From positions 33,724,803 to 33,788,802 of the forward strand of contig NC_057727.1 of the NCBI RefSeq assembly GCF_004010195.1: DNA of 64,000 bases, in the 5' to 3' direction. The position numbers and the translations under genes are program-made. The notes beneath the pieces were generated by a model, which saw only the letters and a list, made by a program, of their open reading frames with translations, ran no database searches and had not been told where the DNA came from. This document shows, in pieces, positions 50,281 through 64,000 of the stretch. This DNA comes from Chiloscyllium plagiosum (taxonomy: Eukaryota). Position 1 is the first letter of the stretch. Each line of letters opens with the position of its first letter.

Positions 50281-51454
50281 TACATAACATGAAAAAAGGA
50301 ATATAAAAGGCTGTGAACTGTCACTGAATTTAGTCAATATACATACACACAGCAAATATTCAGAGATTAGATTTACTTTTAGGGTAAAAATTGGAAGTAT
50401 ATGCACATAACAAATTAGTGGTATACTGATGATGAAGTTGTGGTACACTGCAGAACCTGAGGAGGTTTTACAAATTATCATACAAGGAAAATCTCAACAT
50501 TTAGAATATAGATTTGAGTATGAATATTAAAACGCCAAAACAATGGTAAATAAAAGGGATATACTAGAAGAAAGCAGTAATGATTGAAGTAGATTGTGAC
50601 CCACTGGAACAAGACATTTGTCTATTTTGGACAAATTATAACAGAAGATGGCAGATGTCATGCAGAAGTTAGAAGGGTAGAAGTAGCCAGAAGAGATCTC
50701 ATGAGATGAAAAATATTAACAACAGGAAAACTCAGGCTTATAATAAAGAAAAGAAATCTGGGATAATGCTTCATTCTATCCACATTCCCATAAGGCTCAG
50801 AAACCTGGACAATAAATATCAATGGAAGGAAAGTTCACCCTTCAAATGTGGATGCTAAAGTAAATACTAAAACTTACACATACACACTATAAGACAAAAG
50901 AAAAATACTTGAAATTGCAAGACCAACCTCTGAAATGACATCCAGAAAATAAAATATATGTATTTTGACCATAACATTAAAGCTGAAAAGCTATTGGGCT
51001 CTCTGGTAGATTGAGGACAACCTGAAGAGGGATTGACTTAGACATAGTTAGATTTGTCTGTCACCGACTGGTAGTAGATGAGCTACGATGAGCATATGGG
51101 GATAATATAAACATGTAAGTGGCACACCATGATAGCAGATCTCCTGACAACAAATCAGTGGCAGAAACAAGTTTATCCACAGTTGAAAGCAAATTAAAAG
51201 CTAATCTAATTTTTTTTTCATCTCTGGTAGATTTTGATTAAGTGACACAAATAGGCCATAAAATTTGTTGTGTCATAGAGTCAAAAAAATGCTTTTCACC
51301 AGTTCTGTCAAATCTCTAGGGAGATTTGGCCATGGACTTCCATTGGATTGGTCTACCTTATAGAAATGTACAGCAATGATGTGATGTTGCCTTCTGCAGG
51401 ATGGCTGACCAGAAAACCCTCTTGCTTTTACTGTCTGCAGTCAAATACATTGCA

Positions 51455-53180
51455 ACATAGAGGATAGGATCAGGAGTAAGTCATTCAAGCTCTTGAGTCT
51501 GTTCCCCCCACTCAATATGATCATGGCTGATCAATGACCTCAATAATTTAGTCCTTTCCTCGTCTTCCTCCTCCTCTATCCCCGCCACAACATATGCCTT
51601 GATGATCCCTTTAGGAACAAGAGCAATATCTACTTCCATGTAAATACATAACGTTTTGACCTCCATCATTTTCTGTTGTAATGAATTCCACAGGCTCACC
51701 ATTCTCTGGGTGAAGAAGTTTCTCCTCATCTCAATTCTAAAAGATTGATTCATTATCATTACACTATGAAGCCTGGTTCTAGACTCCCCCACCATTGGGA
51801 ACATCCTTTCTGCATATAACCTGTCTCCTCATACATCAGTCCTGCCATCTCAAGAATCAATTTGATAAGCCTTCACTGCTCCCCTATATCTAGTACATCC
51901 TGAGATAAAGAAGACCAAAACTGCACAAAATATTCAAGTGTGGACTCACCAATGCCCTGTACAATTGCAGAAACATATCCTTGTTCTTGAACTCACATCC
52001 TCTTGTTATGAAGGCCAACATGCAGTTTGCTTTCTTTACTGGCTTCTGCACCTGCACATTTATTTTCAGTGACTAATGCATGAGGACAGCCAGGTCTCAT
52101 TGAACATTCCCCCTCTCAAATCTTTACCACTCAAAAAATAATCTGCCTTCCGATTTTTGCTGCCAAAGTGGATAACCTCACATTTATTCATATTATATTG
52201 AATCTGCCATGCATTTGCCCACTACTGAGCCTGTGCAAATCACACTAACATTTCTGCATTCTCCTTGTAGCTTACCCTTTTCACCCAACTTTGTGTTAAT
52301 TACAAATTTTGAGATATATTTAGTTACCTTTTTTAAATCATTAACAGTATTATGAATAGCTGGGATCCTAAGTACCAATCCCTGTGTATCCCACTATTAA
52401 CTGCCTGCAAGTCAGAAAAAGACTCATTTTCTGTTTGCTAACAAATTTTCTATCCATATCAATACACTACCTCAATCCCATGCAATTTAACTTTACACAT
52501 TAATCTTTTATGTGGGACTTTGTTAAACGTCTTCTGACGTCCAAGTAAACAATATCCATTGGCTCCCCCAATCAATTCATTACATCCTCGAAGAACTCCA
52601 GTGTTTTCTCAAGCTTGATTTCCCTTTTCCATATCCACTGACTATGTCTGACTCTACCACTGTTTTCAAAGTGTTCTGATATAAAATTCATGATGATGGC
52701 ATCTTGCATCTTCCCCACTATCAGTGTTAGACTTACAGGTGTATAATTCCCTGTTTTCCCTCTAACTCCTGTATTAAATGATGGGGCTACATTAACTACA
52801 CTCCAACCTGTAAGAATTGATTCAGAGTTGAAATAATCTTGGAAGACGACCACCAATGCAGCCAATATTTCTATGGTCACTTCCTTAAGTACTTCATGAT
52901 GTAGATTATTAGGCCCTGAGGATTTATCAGTCTTCAATCTTATCAATTTCACCAACACCATTTTTCTACTAATTTGAATTTCATTCAGTTCCTCCCCACC
53001 TCGAAACCCTGTGATCCCCATATTTTCTGGTACATTATTTATGACCTCCCTTGTGAAGACATAAGTTGGTCAACATTTCTTTGTTCTCCTGTTTCTGACT
53101 GTAAGGAACCCACATTAGTTTTCACCAAATCTTGTCCCTTTACAAACCTATAGAAACTTTACAGTCACTTCTTATGAACT
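51455..53180 (-). mobile_element. Old CR1 LINE (RT region to 3' end)
   Basis: LKTDKSSGPNNLH, GNYTPVSLTLIVGK, EMRRNFFTQRMVSLWNSL. Confidence 0.85.
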
Positions 53181-53830
53181 CTGCAAGACATCCTGGAATA
53201 GTGTACATAGAATGGGGAGATGGTGGGACAGTGTTTATGTCTCTAGACTAGAAATTCAGAGATCCAGCATGATGTTCTTGGGGTACAAATTCTAATCCAT
53301 TCTGACAGCCGGTGGAATTTCAATCAAATTTAGTTAATAAATCTGGAATCGAAACTTACTCTCAATAATCATGAATTTATTGCAAAAACTCATCTGGTTC
53401 ACTAATAACATTTAGGGAAGGAAATCTGCCATTCTTAGCTCGCCTGATCTAATGTTATTCCAGACCCATCGCAAAGTGCTTGACTCTTCACTGCCCTCTG
53501 AACTGGTTTAGCAACCGAATCAATGAAATGGCAATTCGAGATCTGCAAGAAAGGTTGACCTTGCTAGTGACTTCATGTCTCATGAAAGAACAAAGAGAAA
53601 ATGAATTATATTTATAATTGCAAAATATAAATAGGTAATTCATTCCAACAAGTCAGTGCTAGTGTTTATAGTGCACATAAGGCTCATTCTATTCCTTCTA
53701 CTTCCATTTCAGCATGTCTTTCTCCTTTCCTTTAATTCATGCAGCTAATTTCCGAAAGCATCTAAGCTTTTTGCCTCAACCACTTTGCAAGTTCCACATT
53801 CTAATCACTGTTTGAGTAAGATATTTCTTC

Positions 53831-56800
53831 TCATAGATCATAGAGTCAGCATGGAAATAGACTCTTCGGTCCAACCCGTCCATGCCGGCCAGATATCCCA
53901 ACCCAATCTAGTCCCATCTGCCAACACCCGGCCCATATTTCTTCAAACCCTTCCTATTCATATACCCCTCCAGATGCCTTTTAAATGTTGCAATCATACT
54001 AGCCTCCACCACTTTCTCTGGCAGCTCATTCCTTGCACATACTACCCTCTACGTGAAAACGTCGCCCCTTAGGTCGCTTTTATATCTTTCCCCTCTCACC
54101 CTAAAACTATGCCCTCTCGTTCTGGACTCCCCCACCCCGGGGAAGAGACTTTGAATATTTATCCTATCCATGCCCCTCATGATTTTGTAAACCTCTATGA
54201 GGTCACCCCTCAGCCTCCGACGCTCCAGGGAAAACAGCCCCAGTTGATTAAATCTCTCCCTATAGCTCGAATCCTCCAATCCTGGCAACATCCTTGTAAA
54301 TCTTTTCTGAACCCTTTCAAGTTTGACAACATCCTTCCGACAGGAAGGAGATGAGAATTGCATGCAATAATCCAAAGTGGCCTAACCAATGTCCTGTACA
54401 GCCACAGCATGACTGTACAGAATTCTGTACTCACAGTGCTCACCACTGTACCACTGTGCCACCTGTAGTTTCTCCTTAGGTCGCTTTTATATCTTTCCCC
54501 TCTCACCCTAAAACTATGCCCTCTCGTTCTGGACTCCCCCACCCTGGGGAAGAGACTTTGAATATTTATCCTATCCATGCCTCTCATGATTTTGTAAACC
54601 TCTATGAAGTCACCCCTCAGCCTCCGACGCTCCAGGGAAAACAGCCCCAGTCGATTAAATCTCTCCCTATAGCTCGAATCCTCCAATCCTGGCAACATCC
54701 TTGTAAATCTTTTCTGTACCCTTTCAAGTTTGACAACATCCTTCCGACAGGAAGGAGATGAGAATTGCATGCAATAATCCAAAGTGGCCTAACCAATGTC
54801 CTGTACAGCCACAGCATGACTGTACAGAATTCTGTACTCAATACTCTGACCAATAAAGGAAAGCATACCAAATGCCTTCTTCACTATGCTATCTACCTGT
54901 GACTCCACTTTCAAGGAGCTATGAACTGCACTGTAAGGTCTCCTTGTTCAGTAACACTCCCTAGGACCATACCATACAGTGTATAAGTCCTGCTAAGATT
55001 TTGTTTCCCAAAGTGCAGCACCTCACATTTATCTAAATCAAACTCCATCTGCCACTTCTCAGCCCATTGGCCTGTCCAATCAAGATCCCGTTGTAATCTG
55101 AGGTAACCTTCTTCGCTGTCCACTAAACCTCCAATTTTGGTGTCATCTGCAAACTTACTAAGTATACCTCTTATGCTCGCATCCAAATCATTTATATAAA
55201 TGACGAAAAGTAGTGGGCCCAGCACCGATCCTTGTGGCACTCCACTGGTCATAGGCCTCTAGTCTGAAAAACAACCCTCCACCACGTCGAACACGTTACT
55301 GATCACCAGTTTCACCAGTTTTCTCATTTCCCCTCCCTTCACCTTACCCCAGTTCCAACCTTCCAGCTCAGCACCATCCTCATGATCTGTCCTACCTGCC
55401 AATCTTCATTCCCACCTATCTGCTCCACCTTCCTCTCTGACCTATCACCTTTATCCCCACCTCCATCCACCTATTGCACTCTTAGCTACCTTCTGTCTGC
55501 ACCACCACCCCCACCTACCTCCCATTTATCTCTCCACTCCGGAGGCTCCCAGCCTCATTCCTGATGAAGGGCTTCTGCCTGAAACATCGATTTTCCTGCT
55601 CCTTGGATGCTGCCTGACCTGCTGTGCTTTTCCAGTATCACTCTAATCTTGACTCCATATAGATCACGTCCGTAGATCTGCCCTCGTCAATTCTCTTTGT
55701 TACTTCTTCACAAAACTGAATCAAGTTTGTGAGATATGATTTCCCACACACAAAGACATGTTGACTGTCCCTAATCAGTCCTTGCCTTTCCAAATACATG
55801 TACATCCTGTCCCTCAGGATTCCCTCCAACAACTTGCCCACCACCGACATCAGGCTCACTGGTCTATAATTCCCTGGCTTGTCCTTACCACCCTTCTTAA
55901 ACAGTGGCACCATGTTAACTCTGTTTGCCAAAGCTATCACATGATCCTGTTTTGCCCTCCTGATTTCCTATTGCCTTAACACTCTTCTAAGGATTCACTC
56001 CATCTATCCTGGTTATACTTGATTTATGCTTCCTTCTTTTTCTTAACCAAACCCTCAATTTCTCTATTCATCCGGCATTCCCTACACCTAACAGCCTTTC
56101 CTTTCACGCTAACAGGAATATACTTTCTCTGGACTCTTGTTATCTCATTTCTGAAGATTTCCCATTTTCCAGCCATCCCTTTACCTGCAAACATCTGCCC
56201 CCCAATCAGCTTTTGAAATTTCTTGCCTAATAACTTCAAAATTAGCCTTCCTCCAATTTTAGAATTTCAACTTTTAGATCTGGTCAATCCTTTTCCATCA
56301 CTTTTTTAAAACTAATGGTCGATGGCCCCATAGTGTTCCCCCACTGACACCTCAGTCACCTGCCCTGCCTTATTTCCCAAGAGTAGGTCAGGTTTGCACC
56401 TCCTCTAGTAGGTACATCCACATATTGAATCAGAAAATTGTCTTGTACACACTTAACAAATTCCTCTCCATCTGAACCCTTAAAACTACGGCAGTCCCAG
56501 TCAATGTTTGGAAAGTCAAAATCCACTAGCATAACCACCCTATTATTCTTACAGATATCTGAGATCTCTTTACAAATCTGTTTCTCAATTTCCCTCTGAC
56601 TATTAGGGGATTTATAATACGATCCCAATAAGGTGATCATCCCTTTCTTATTTCACAGTTCAACCCAAATAACTTCCCTGGATATATTTCCAGGAATATC
56701 CTCCCTCAGCACGCTGTAATGCTATTCCTTATCAAAAACACCCAGCACGCTGTAATGCTATTCCTTATCAAAAACACCACTCCCCCTCCTTGCCTCCCTT

Positions 56801-58640
56801 TCTGTCCATCCTATAGCATTTGTACCCTGGAACATTAACATGGCTCCATTCCTGAGCCATGTTTCTGTATTTGCTATGATATCCCAATCCCAAGTTCCTA
56901 ACCATGCCCTGATTTCATCTGCCTTCCCTGTTAGGCCCTTGCATTTAAATAATGCAGTTTAATTTATCAGTCCTACCTTGTTCTCTGCTTTGTCCCTGCC
57001 TGCCCTGACTGTTTGACTCACTTCTGTTCTCAACTGTACCAGTCTCTTTCCCCATTATCTCCCTGGGTCACCCCACCCCCCCCAACCTTAATAGTGTAAA
57101 TCTCCCGAGCAGCTCTAGTAAATCTCCCTACCAGTATATTAGTCCCCTTCCAATTCAGATCCAATCCATCCTTCTTGTACAGGTCACTTCTACCCTCCCT
57201 TGTACAGATCAATTCTCCCATACACCAGGTCAATTCTCCCATACACTAGCTCCTTAGCAGATGCATTCATCTGCTTCATCCTCCTATTCCTGTTCTCACT
57301 AGCTCGTCACAACGGCAGTAATCCAGATATTACTACTCTTGAGGATCTCTTTTATAAATTCCTGCCTACCTCTTTATATTCTCCATTCAGAATCTCATCC
57401 TTTTCCCTTCCTATGTCATTGGTTCCAATGTGTACAATGACTCCTGCTGGTCCTTCTCCCCCTTGAGAACATTCTGCACCCTCTCTGAGACATCATTGAT
57501 CCTGGCACCAGGGAGGCAACACAGGGAGGCAACACACCATTCTGATTTTTCGCTGCTAGCCACAGAAACATCTGTCTGTGCCTCGGACTAGAGAATCCCC
57601 TAACACAATTGATCTCTTGGAACCTGATGTTCCCCTCATTGCATTAGAGCCAGTCTCGATACCAGACACTTGGCTGTTCATGCTACATTCCTCTGAGAAT
57701 CTATCACCCCCTACATTTTCCAAAACAGCATACTTGTTTGAAATGGGGATAGCCACAGAAGACTCCTGCACTACCTGCCTACTTCTCCAACCTTTCCTGG
57801 AGTTAACCCATCTATGTGACTGTACCTGCAACTTTTCTCCCTTCCTATAACTGCCATCCATCACACCCCTTGCGCTTGTAAATTCGTCATTGCCTCTATC
57901 TGTCTCTCCAACCGATTCATTCAATCTGATAGAATTCGCAACCAACGACATTTATTGCAGATATAATCCTCAGTAACACAAAAGCTCTCCCTGAACTCCC
58001 ACATCCGTCAGGAAGATCATATCACTCTACTAAAGGCCATTTTTGCTTCTTTCAATCTACAGACTGAGAAAATAGCACTGTCTTATTCCTCTACAAAACA
58101 CGACTCCAGGCTAACTTAGTACTTATGGTTTATATTTTTAAGTTTAATCAAGAGACACATCTCAATAAAACTTATAATAAGGAAGAACCCACTCTATTCA
58201 CTACTGCAGACTTACTGTAAGGCTACACCTAAAAATATTCACTTATCTGTTTCTGTGCTGCGGCGTATCTCAACAATCCTTCAAGATTAGTTGTGAATTT
58301 CACTGTTTGTTAATTTTCCCAGATGCACTCTGATGTCCAGTGATACATGAATTCAAACAACAAAGGCAGTAACTGTGCAGGTTCACTGCTGCGTCAGTTA
58401 GCAGTGTAAGTTTCTTTCTCTCTCTCCTCCACTGACCTCAACATGTGCTGCATTTGTTTGTTCCTCTCCCTTTTAAAAGTGCTGTTGTTTGGCTTTTTTT
58501 CTCCAAAAATTCCAAAACAATGCAACTGCACATAAAACAGTAATTGCTGCTTCTGTAATTTGAGGAAATCACTTTCAACACCTAAACTACCTCAAAAAAA
58601 AGAGTAGCCTGTTACAGCCAGATATTTTTCCTCGTCCTCT
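53831..58640 (-). mobile_element. Near full-length, disabled CR1 LINE: ORF1 (SGNH/GDSL esterase-like, ATG ~58040) and ORF2 (APE endonuclease + RT), with internal deletion, duplication and PLE insertion
   Basis: IVLGDSLVRGTDR; VVMLVDFDFPNIDW; PGNYRPVSLMSVVGKLLE; [13 protein letters not shown]; SKFADDTK. The 5' boundary is approximate. Confidence 0.9.
55300..55652 (+). mobile_element. PLE 3' fragment inserted in the CR1
   Basis: C-rich tract + CTGATGAAGGGCTTCTGCCTGAAACATCG...GATGCTGCCTGACCTGCTG tail. Confidence 0.85.
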
Positions 58641-59744
58641 ATCTTGGATTATCCAGAATCCTTTCTCCCTATTATATTTATTTGCCATGCTTTATTAGTA
58701 CATAGTTCTCTAATGCACCAACTATTTATACTTTGTATAAAATGAGGAACATCAAAAGGCCAAAAATGTAGGAATAGTGCTGACCACCGATCTTCAGAAA
58801 GCTTCCCAGAAAACATGCAATGGATTCAAGAGCACAGATGCCCTTTATTGTCACTTTGAATTTGTTGCCTTCTATAGTGCATGTAGGGTGCAGTAGTAAG
58901 GTAGTCAGCAGGCAACTTAATCAGCAAATAAAATTGAATAATTCTCATTAGTAGCAAAGCAGAAAGTAGAAAAAAACCAGAGAATATAAATCACTGTGCA
59001 GTTATTGAAATAAAAATTGGAACTTACAAGTGAGGTTAAAGCAGAAATATAAAATGTCAGAACATAAACCTTTAAAAGACCTTTTTGAGGCTATGGGGTC
59101 TGTACTTGTGAAATTATTGCTTTGGGGCCACAGAGGTTGTTCGACCGAAGCTGTATCTTGCTGCGCTGTCACAACCTCAGTTAATCCTGATTAAATAATG
59201 CTTAAGCTTTGCATTGACTATATGGTTACTAGAAGTTCCCAACTGACCAATCATTTTTATGCTGGCTTCACCTTTTTTTGGTGGGCTTGAAGGAACAAAT
59301 ACCTTTCTTTTGTTCTATATTTTATTGTTGTTCTGTGATAAATATAACATTCTAGTAGTGAGGTACTGCATCTATGAATTTTATCCCTGCACTTGTTTTC
59401 TGTCTATGTACTAATTAGAACTTAGTACTTTGAAATTTTGTCTTGTTTTGGTGCTCAAATTTTATATTTGATGATTTTCTGCTGGGCAGTGACTCAGCAT
59501 TGATCTCTGATGCTTTCTTGATGTGTGGTGCTGTTGAGCAGCAAATTGCAAATCAATAATCTAATCAAGTTTTTTTGACCAATGACTGGATTTTACAAGC
59601 CCTTGCTAGAATCTGTAATTTTGAATGTGACAATGAGGATGAATTTTATACATTCTTGTATTTCTTAGCTCTGAATTATGATTGGAATTGTCGACATTTA
59701 TTTGTAGAGACAGGCTCGAAGCAAAGACTTAGCATAATTAACTG

Positions 59745-60533
59745 AGAAGAAAGTGAGGACTGCAGATGCTAGTGATCAGAGTCAAAAAATGTGGCGCTGG
59801 AAAAGCACAGCAGGTCAGGCTGTATTTGAGGAGCAGGAGAATCAAAGTTTTGGGCATAAGCCCTTCATCAGGAAGGTGGGTGGGGGGAAGGGGGCTGAGA
59901 GGTAAATAGGAGGGTGGGAGTCGGGGTGGGCGTGGTGGCCTTGATGCCATGTGGTTAGAGAGTTGTAAGATGGAAGATGAGGTATTCTTCCTCCAGGCAT
60001 CGGGTGCTTGGATTTGGCGGTGGAGGAGGCCCAGGACTTGCATTCCTTGGCAGAGTGTGAGGGGGAGTTGAAGTGGTTGGCCACAGGATGGTGGGATTGT
60101 TTGATGCGTGTGTCCCAGAAATGTTCCCTGAAACGTTCTGAGAGTTGGTGTTCTGTCTCCCTAATATAGAGGAGACCACATTGAGAGCGATGGACACAGT
60201 AGATGAGGTGATTGTACATGCAGAAAAATCTGCGCTGGATGTGGAAGGATCCTTTCTGGTCTTGGACGGAGGTAAGGGTGGAGATGTGAGCACAGATTTT
60301 ACACCTCTTACGGCAGTAAGGGAGGGTGTTGGGAGTGGAAGGTGAACTCATGGAATGCTTACCAGCTACCTTCCCCCAAACCCACCCCCACCGTCCTATT
60401 TATCTCTCAGCTGCTGACTTCCCCACAACCCCCCCAACATACCTAATGAAGGGTTTATGCCTGAAATATCGATGTTCCAGCTCCTCAGATGCTGCCTGAC
60501 CTGCTATGCTTTTCCAGTGCCACACATTTCGAC
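59745..60533 (-). mobile_element. Penelope-like element 3' part with a GIY-YIG endonuclease remnant and an inverted pLTR
   Basis: CRKRCKIC...NHLIYCVHRSQCGLLYIRET...SERFREH...HPVANHFNSPSHS. Flanking imperfect repeat ATAAT(T/A)AACTGAG. Confidence 0.88.
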
Positions 60534-60749
60534 AATAATAAACTGAGGAGTCTTGCTGAAAATATGATAATATCTAATAAAAATAAAATTCCTTGCTCTC
60601 CTAAGAGACTAACACATGTAAAAATATATGCAGAGTCTTACGTGCGGGATGGCAGTCATTTTCAGATGTTGTATTGTGAATTTTAAGTTATTTTAAAATA
60701 TTTAACTTCACTGAGATTTGTATTTTTAAATAGGTTACATTGCATAGGA

Positions 60750-62680
60750 CTGCGTAAGATATACTGCATTAAAAATAGGCTATTTGACCAGACTAGTCCA
60801 GAGATGTGACCTATTCAAGCCTGCCATCATTTTTCCAAATCTACCTTCATGACTATCTATGTGCTTCTCCTCCATATACTGGACTAGCTTCCCCTTAAAT
60901 GCAGATATATTATTTGCTTTAACCACTCAATGTGGTGCTTGAGTTTCACATTCTCATCACTCTTTAAGTAAGAACATTTCTTTTGAATTCCCTGTTGGAT
61001 TTTCTGATACCTATCTGATATTGATTTCCTCTAGTTATATTCTCCTCTGCAAGAGGAGATATCCTCTTTCTATCCAGTCTTTAAAATCTTTGATAATTTT
61101 AAAGGTCTCTATTAGGTCACCCCCAGCTTTCTGTCAAGATAAAAGAAACTCGGACTGTCCATCCTGAAATGTATACCCAAGCATTTCTGAAGCTATCCTA
61201 GTAAATTCTCTCTGTACCTGCTCCAGTGCCTCTATATCCTGTTTTTAATACAGTGATAAGAACTGCATTCTATACTGTTAAATGTGGTCTAACCACGATT
61301 CAGGATTATTTTATCACTTATCAATACTATCCTTCTAGAAATAAAGCCGAGAAATTGAAGTGCTTCTTTCTTGATGGCCTTACTACAACTTTTAGTGATT
61401 GGTGTTGTTATGGGGTAGGCTAGACCACTCAAAACCTTCTTAAGTAGGCAGCCTAGACCATAACTTTGCAATTTGTTTCAGTAAGTGTACAGTGAAAATT
61501 ACCTGGATTAAGGTAGCGAGGTGGACTACCAGGTTTAAAACAGTCAAAAAATGTATTCACAAAATTACACAATGAAACATGAAGAACAGAATAAAGAACC
61601 CCTACAGAACTCAGTCTATCCAAACTAGACTTAAGTATGCTGTTCTGAATATTCACAACAGTCCCAATGAGCAAATCCCCTTTAAAACACAGTACAAAAA
61701 AGGAACAGATACTTACAAGATAAAGTTAGAAGGCAGAAAGTGAGAGAGTTTGTTTCCACACAGCTCACTGTTGAACCCCCAAACAGTTCTGGACTGAACT
61801 CTACTACTCAGCTCAGCTAGAGAGCTGACCACTCCCCTTTCATTATAGAGGTCACTTCTAAACCATGACCACTTTAGCCTGAAGTCTCATCTGTTTACAT
61901 ATTTTAAAAAAGGACTCGCAATACCCCTTAATCTCTGTACCAAACCAGACTGATCAGACCCCGGCCAGGTTTATTACCCCTCTGAAAAAAGTCAAGGACA
62001 GAGTCTCCTTGATCCAAGGAACAGCTTTTGGAAAAAAGGGACAGTGTATTTATGTCCTGGGATTTCTTTGCTCCTTTACCCTATATGGTCCTGCACTTTC
62101 TAACTAATAACTGATCTCCAGATTCCTCCGACCAAAATATCCCCACATTTACTTGTGTTGAACTTAATTTACCAATTATTTATTAATGTTCTTTTATAAT
62201 TTGTTGAGGTCCTCCTAAACACTCAGGATCCCACCCCCAATTTGGTGCAAATTGAGAAACTGTGTTTACAATTCCAAGGTCCAACTCATTAATGTAAAAC
62301 AAGAACAGCAATGATCCCAACACTGATTTTTTGGAACACTAGTTGCCACCATCTGCCATTTTGAATAGCTATCCTTCATCTGGCTGTCTGCTTCATGTCT
62401 TGATGCAAGTTAGCAATACATTCTGCCAGTTGGCTCCTGACTTCATATTCTCTATTTTCATTGATCTGTTATGGGACAACTTATTTACAGACCTTTTGAA
62501 AATCCAGATAAACCATGTTTATTGCATTACCTTCTACTTTCTAAGTTATCTCTTCAGAAAAATCAAGAATTGTTCAAGTAAGATTTTCCCTTTGAAATCC
62601 ACACTGACTATTCATTACCATGTATTTATTTTTGAGGTGTTCTTCTATGGTCTCATTCAGTATGGATTCCTTTACATTTC
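60750..62680 (-). mobile_element. Old CR1 fragment interrupted by a solo LTR
   Basis: Minus-strand KEALQFLGFISRRI and MVMNSQCGFQR motifs. Confidence 0.7.
61406..62043. mobile_element. Solo LTR (638 bp)
   Basis: Begins TGTTA, ends GGGACA (TG...CA). 4-bp target-site duplication GTGT at 61402-61405 and 62044-62047. CR1 sequence rejoins across it. Confidence 0.8.
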
Positions 62681-62694
62681 CTGAAACTGATGTC

Positions 62695-63482
62695 ACCGCT
62701 GCCTTACAGCACCAGGGGCCTGGGTTCAATTCCAGCCTTAGGTGACTGGCTGTGTGGAGTTTGCTCATTCTCCCTGTGTCTGCATGAGTTTCCGCCGGTT
62801 TCCTCCCATACTCCAAAGATGTTGTGAAATTTGAAAGGGTTCAGAAAAGATTTTTAAGGATGTTGCCAGGGTTGGAGGATTTGAGCTATATGGAGAGGCT
62901 GAACAGGCTGGTGTTGTTTTCCCTGGAGCGTCCGAGGTTGAGGGGTGACCTTATAGAGGTTTACAAAATCATGAGGGGCATGGATAGGATAAATAGACAA
63001 AGTCTTTTCCCTGGGGTTGGGAGTCCAGAACTAGAGGGCATAGGTTTACGGTCAGAGGGGAAAGATGTAAAAGAAACATAAGGGGCAACGTTTTCACACA
63101 GAGGGTGGTACATGTATGGAATGAGCTGCCAGAGGAAGTGGTGGAGGCTGGTACAATTGCAACATTTAAAGCCATTTGGATGGGTATATGAATAGGAAGG
63201 GTTTGGAGGGATATGGGCCGGGTGCTGGCAGGTGGGACTAGATTGGGTTGGGATATCTGGTCGGCATGGATGTTTTGGACTGAAGGGTCTGTTTCCATGC
63301 TGTCCATCTCTATGACTCTATGTGGATTGACCATGCTAAATTGCCCTGTAGTGTCCAGGAAGTGCAGGCCAGATGGATCAGCCATGGTAAATGTGGAGTT
63401 ATGGAGATTGGGTGAGATGCTCTTTGGAGGGCTGGTGCAGACTGGATGGTCTCTTATGTAATGTAGGGATTCTATGATTCTG
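62695..63482 (+). mobile_element. HE1-type V-SINE split by a CR1 3' fragment (~62820-63320)
   Basis: SINE head/V-domain, then ERVQKRFLRMLPGLE...LRGDLIEVYKIMRG, then the SINE tail resumes. Confidence 0.85.
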
Positions 63483-64000
63483 TGTTAAGATAACTTGTCC
63501 AAACTTACCTGGATATGTTCTGTTCGTATTCTTAAATATATAAATTTTATTAGTTATCAACCAGTTCTCTGGCACTACACCTTACTCTAATGAATTAATA
63601 ATGAGTGTAACATCTCTATCTCTTTCCTGGATTCTTTTAAAATGCAATCCATCTGGGGCAGAAATCTTTTGAGTTTGATTAGCTTATTTGATAAGTTCTT
63701 GTTTTAATTTTAAAAGCACTGATATAATTGATAATCTCACGATTTAACCTCATATCTACTTGTTCTTTATTCCAGATAAACGCTAAAATGAAAATGATTA
63801 TTTAAAACTTTTGTTATCTCTTTAATCTCCCCTGTGGTGTCACCCTTTCTATCCAATAATAGCCATATTCCTATCACAACCTTTTTTAATTGATGTATCT
63901 GTAAAATATTATGTTGTCTTGTTGTATGTTCCTTGATAATTTAATGTCATCGTCTCTCTTTGCCTTTCTGTATTTTCAACTTTTCTCCTATTCTCCTGGT

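Noticed and set aside
49146-64000. PXK exons, expected from human synteny (ABHD6-RPP14/HTD2-PXK)
   Set aside because: I found no CpG island or PXK-like exon; the gene probably starts beyond the window.

Overview
Vertebrate nuclear genomic DNA, almost certainly an elasmobranch (shark/ray), judging from the HE1-type V-SINEs, Deu-domain SINEs, abundant CR1 LINEs and Penelope-like elements (PLEs). It holds the last five coding exons of ABHD6 (+), all five coding exons of RPP14 (+; 131 aa when spliced), and the intronless mitochondrial 3-hydroxyacyl-ACP dehydratase HTD2 ORF, which starts 44 nt after the RPP14 stop in the same terminal exon. This is the bicistronic RPP14/HTD2 arrangement known from human and bony fish. 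Locus-specific oddities cluster at the RPP14 5' end: a CpG-rich promoter with an NRF1 palindrome and a 44-bp ETS/CRE-like tandem repeat; a young inverted PLE with a minimal hammerhead motif just upstream; and a 560-bp tandem duplication that copies most of exon 1, intron 1 and all of exon 2, with a PLE fragment as spacer. PLE termini also form several near-perfect palindromes and local duplications. There is a 495-N gap at 35431-35925. No wholly new system is demonstrable from the sequence alone. Gene calls rest on my recall of human orthologues and on exon phases, not on a database search; repeat boundaries are approximate.
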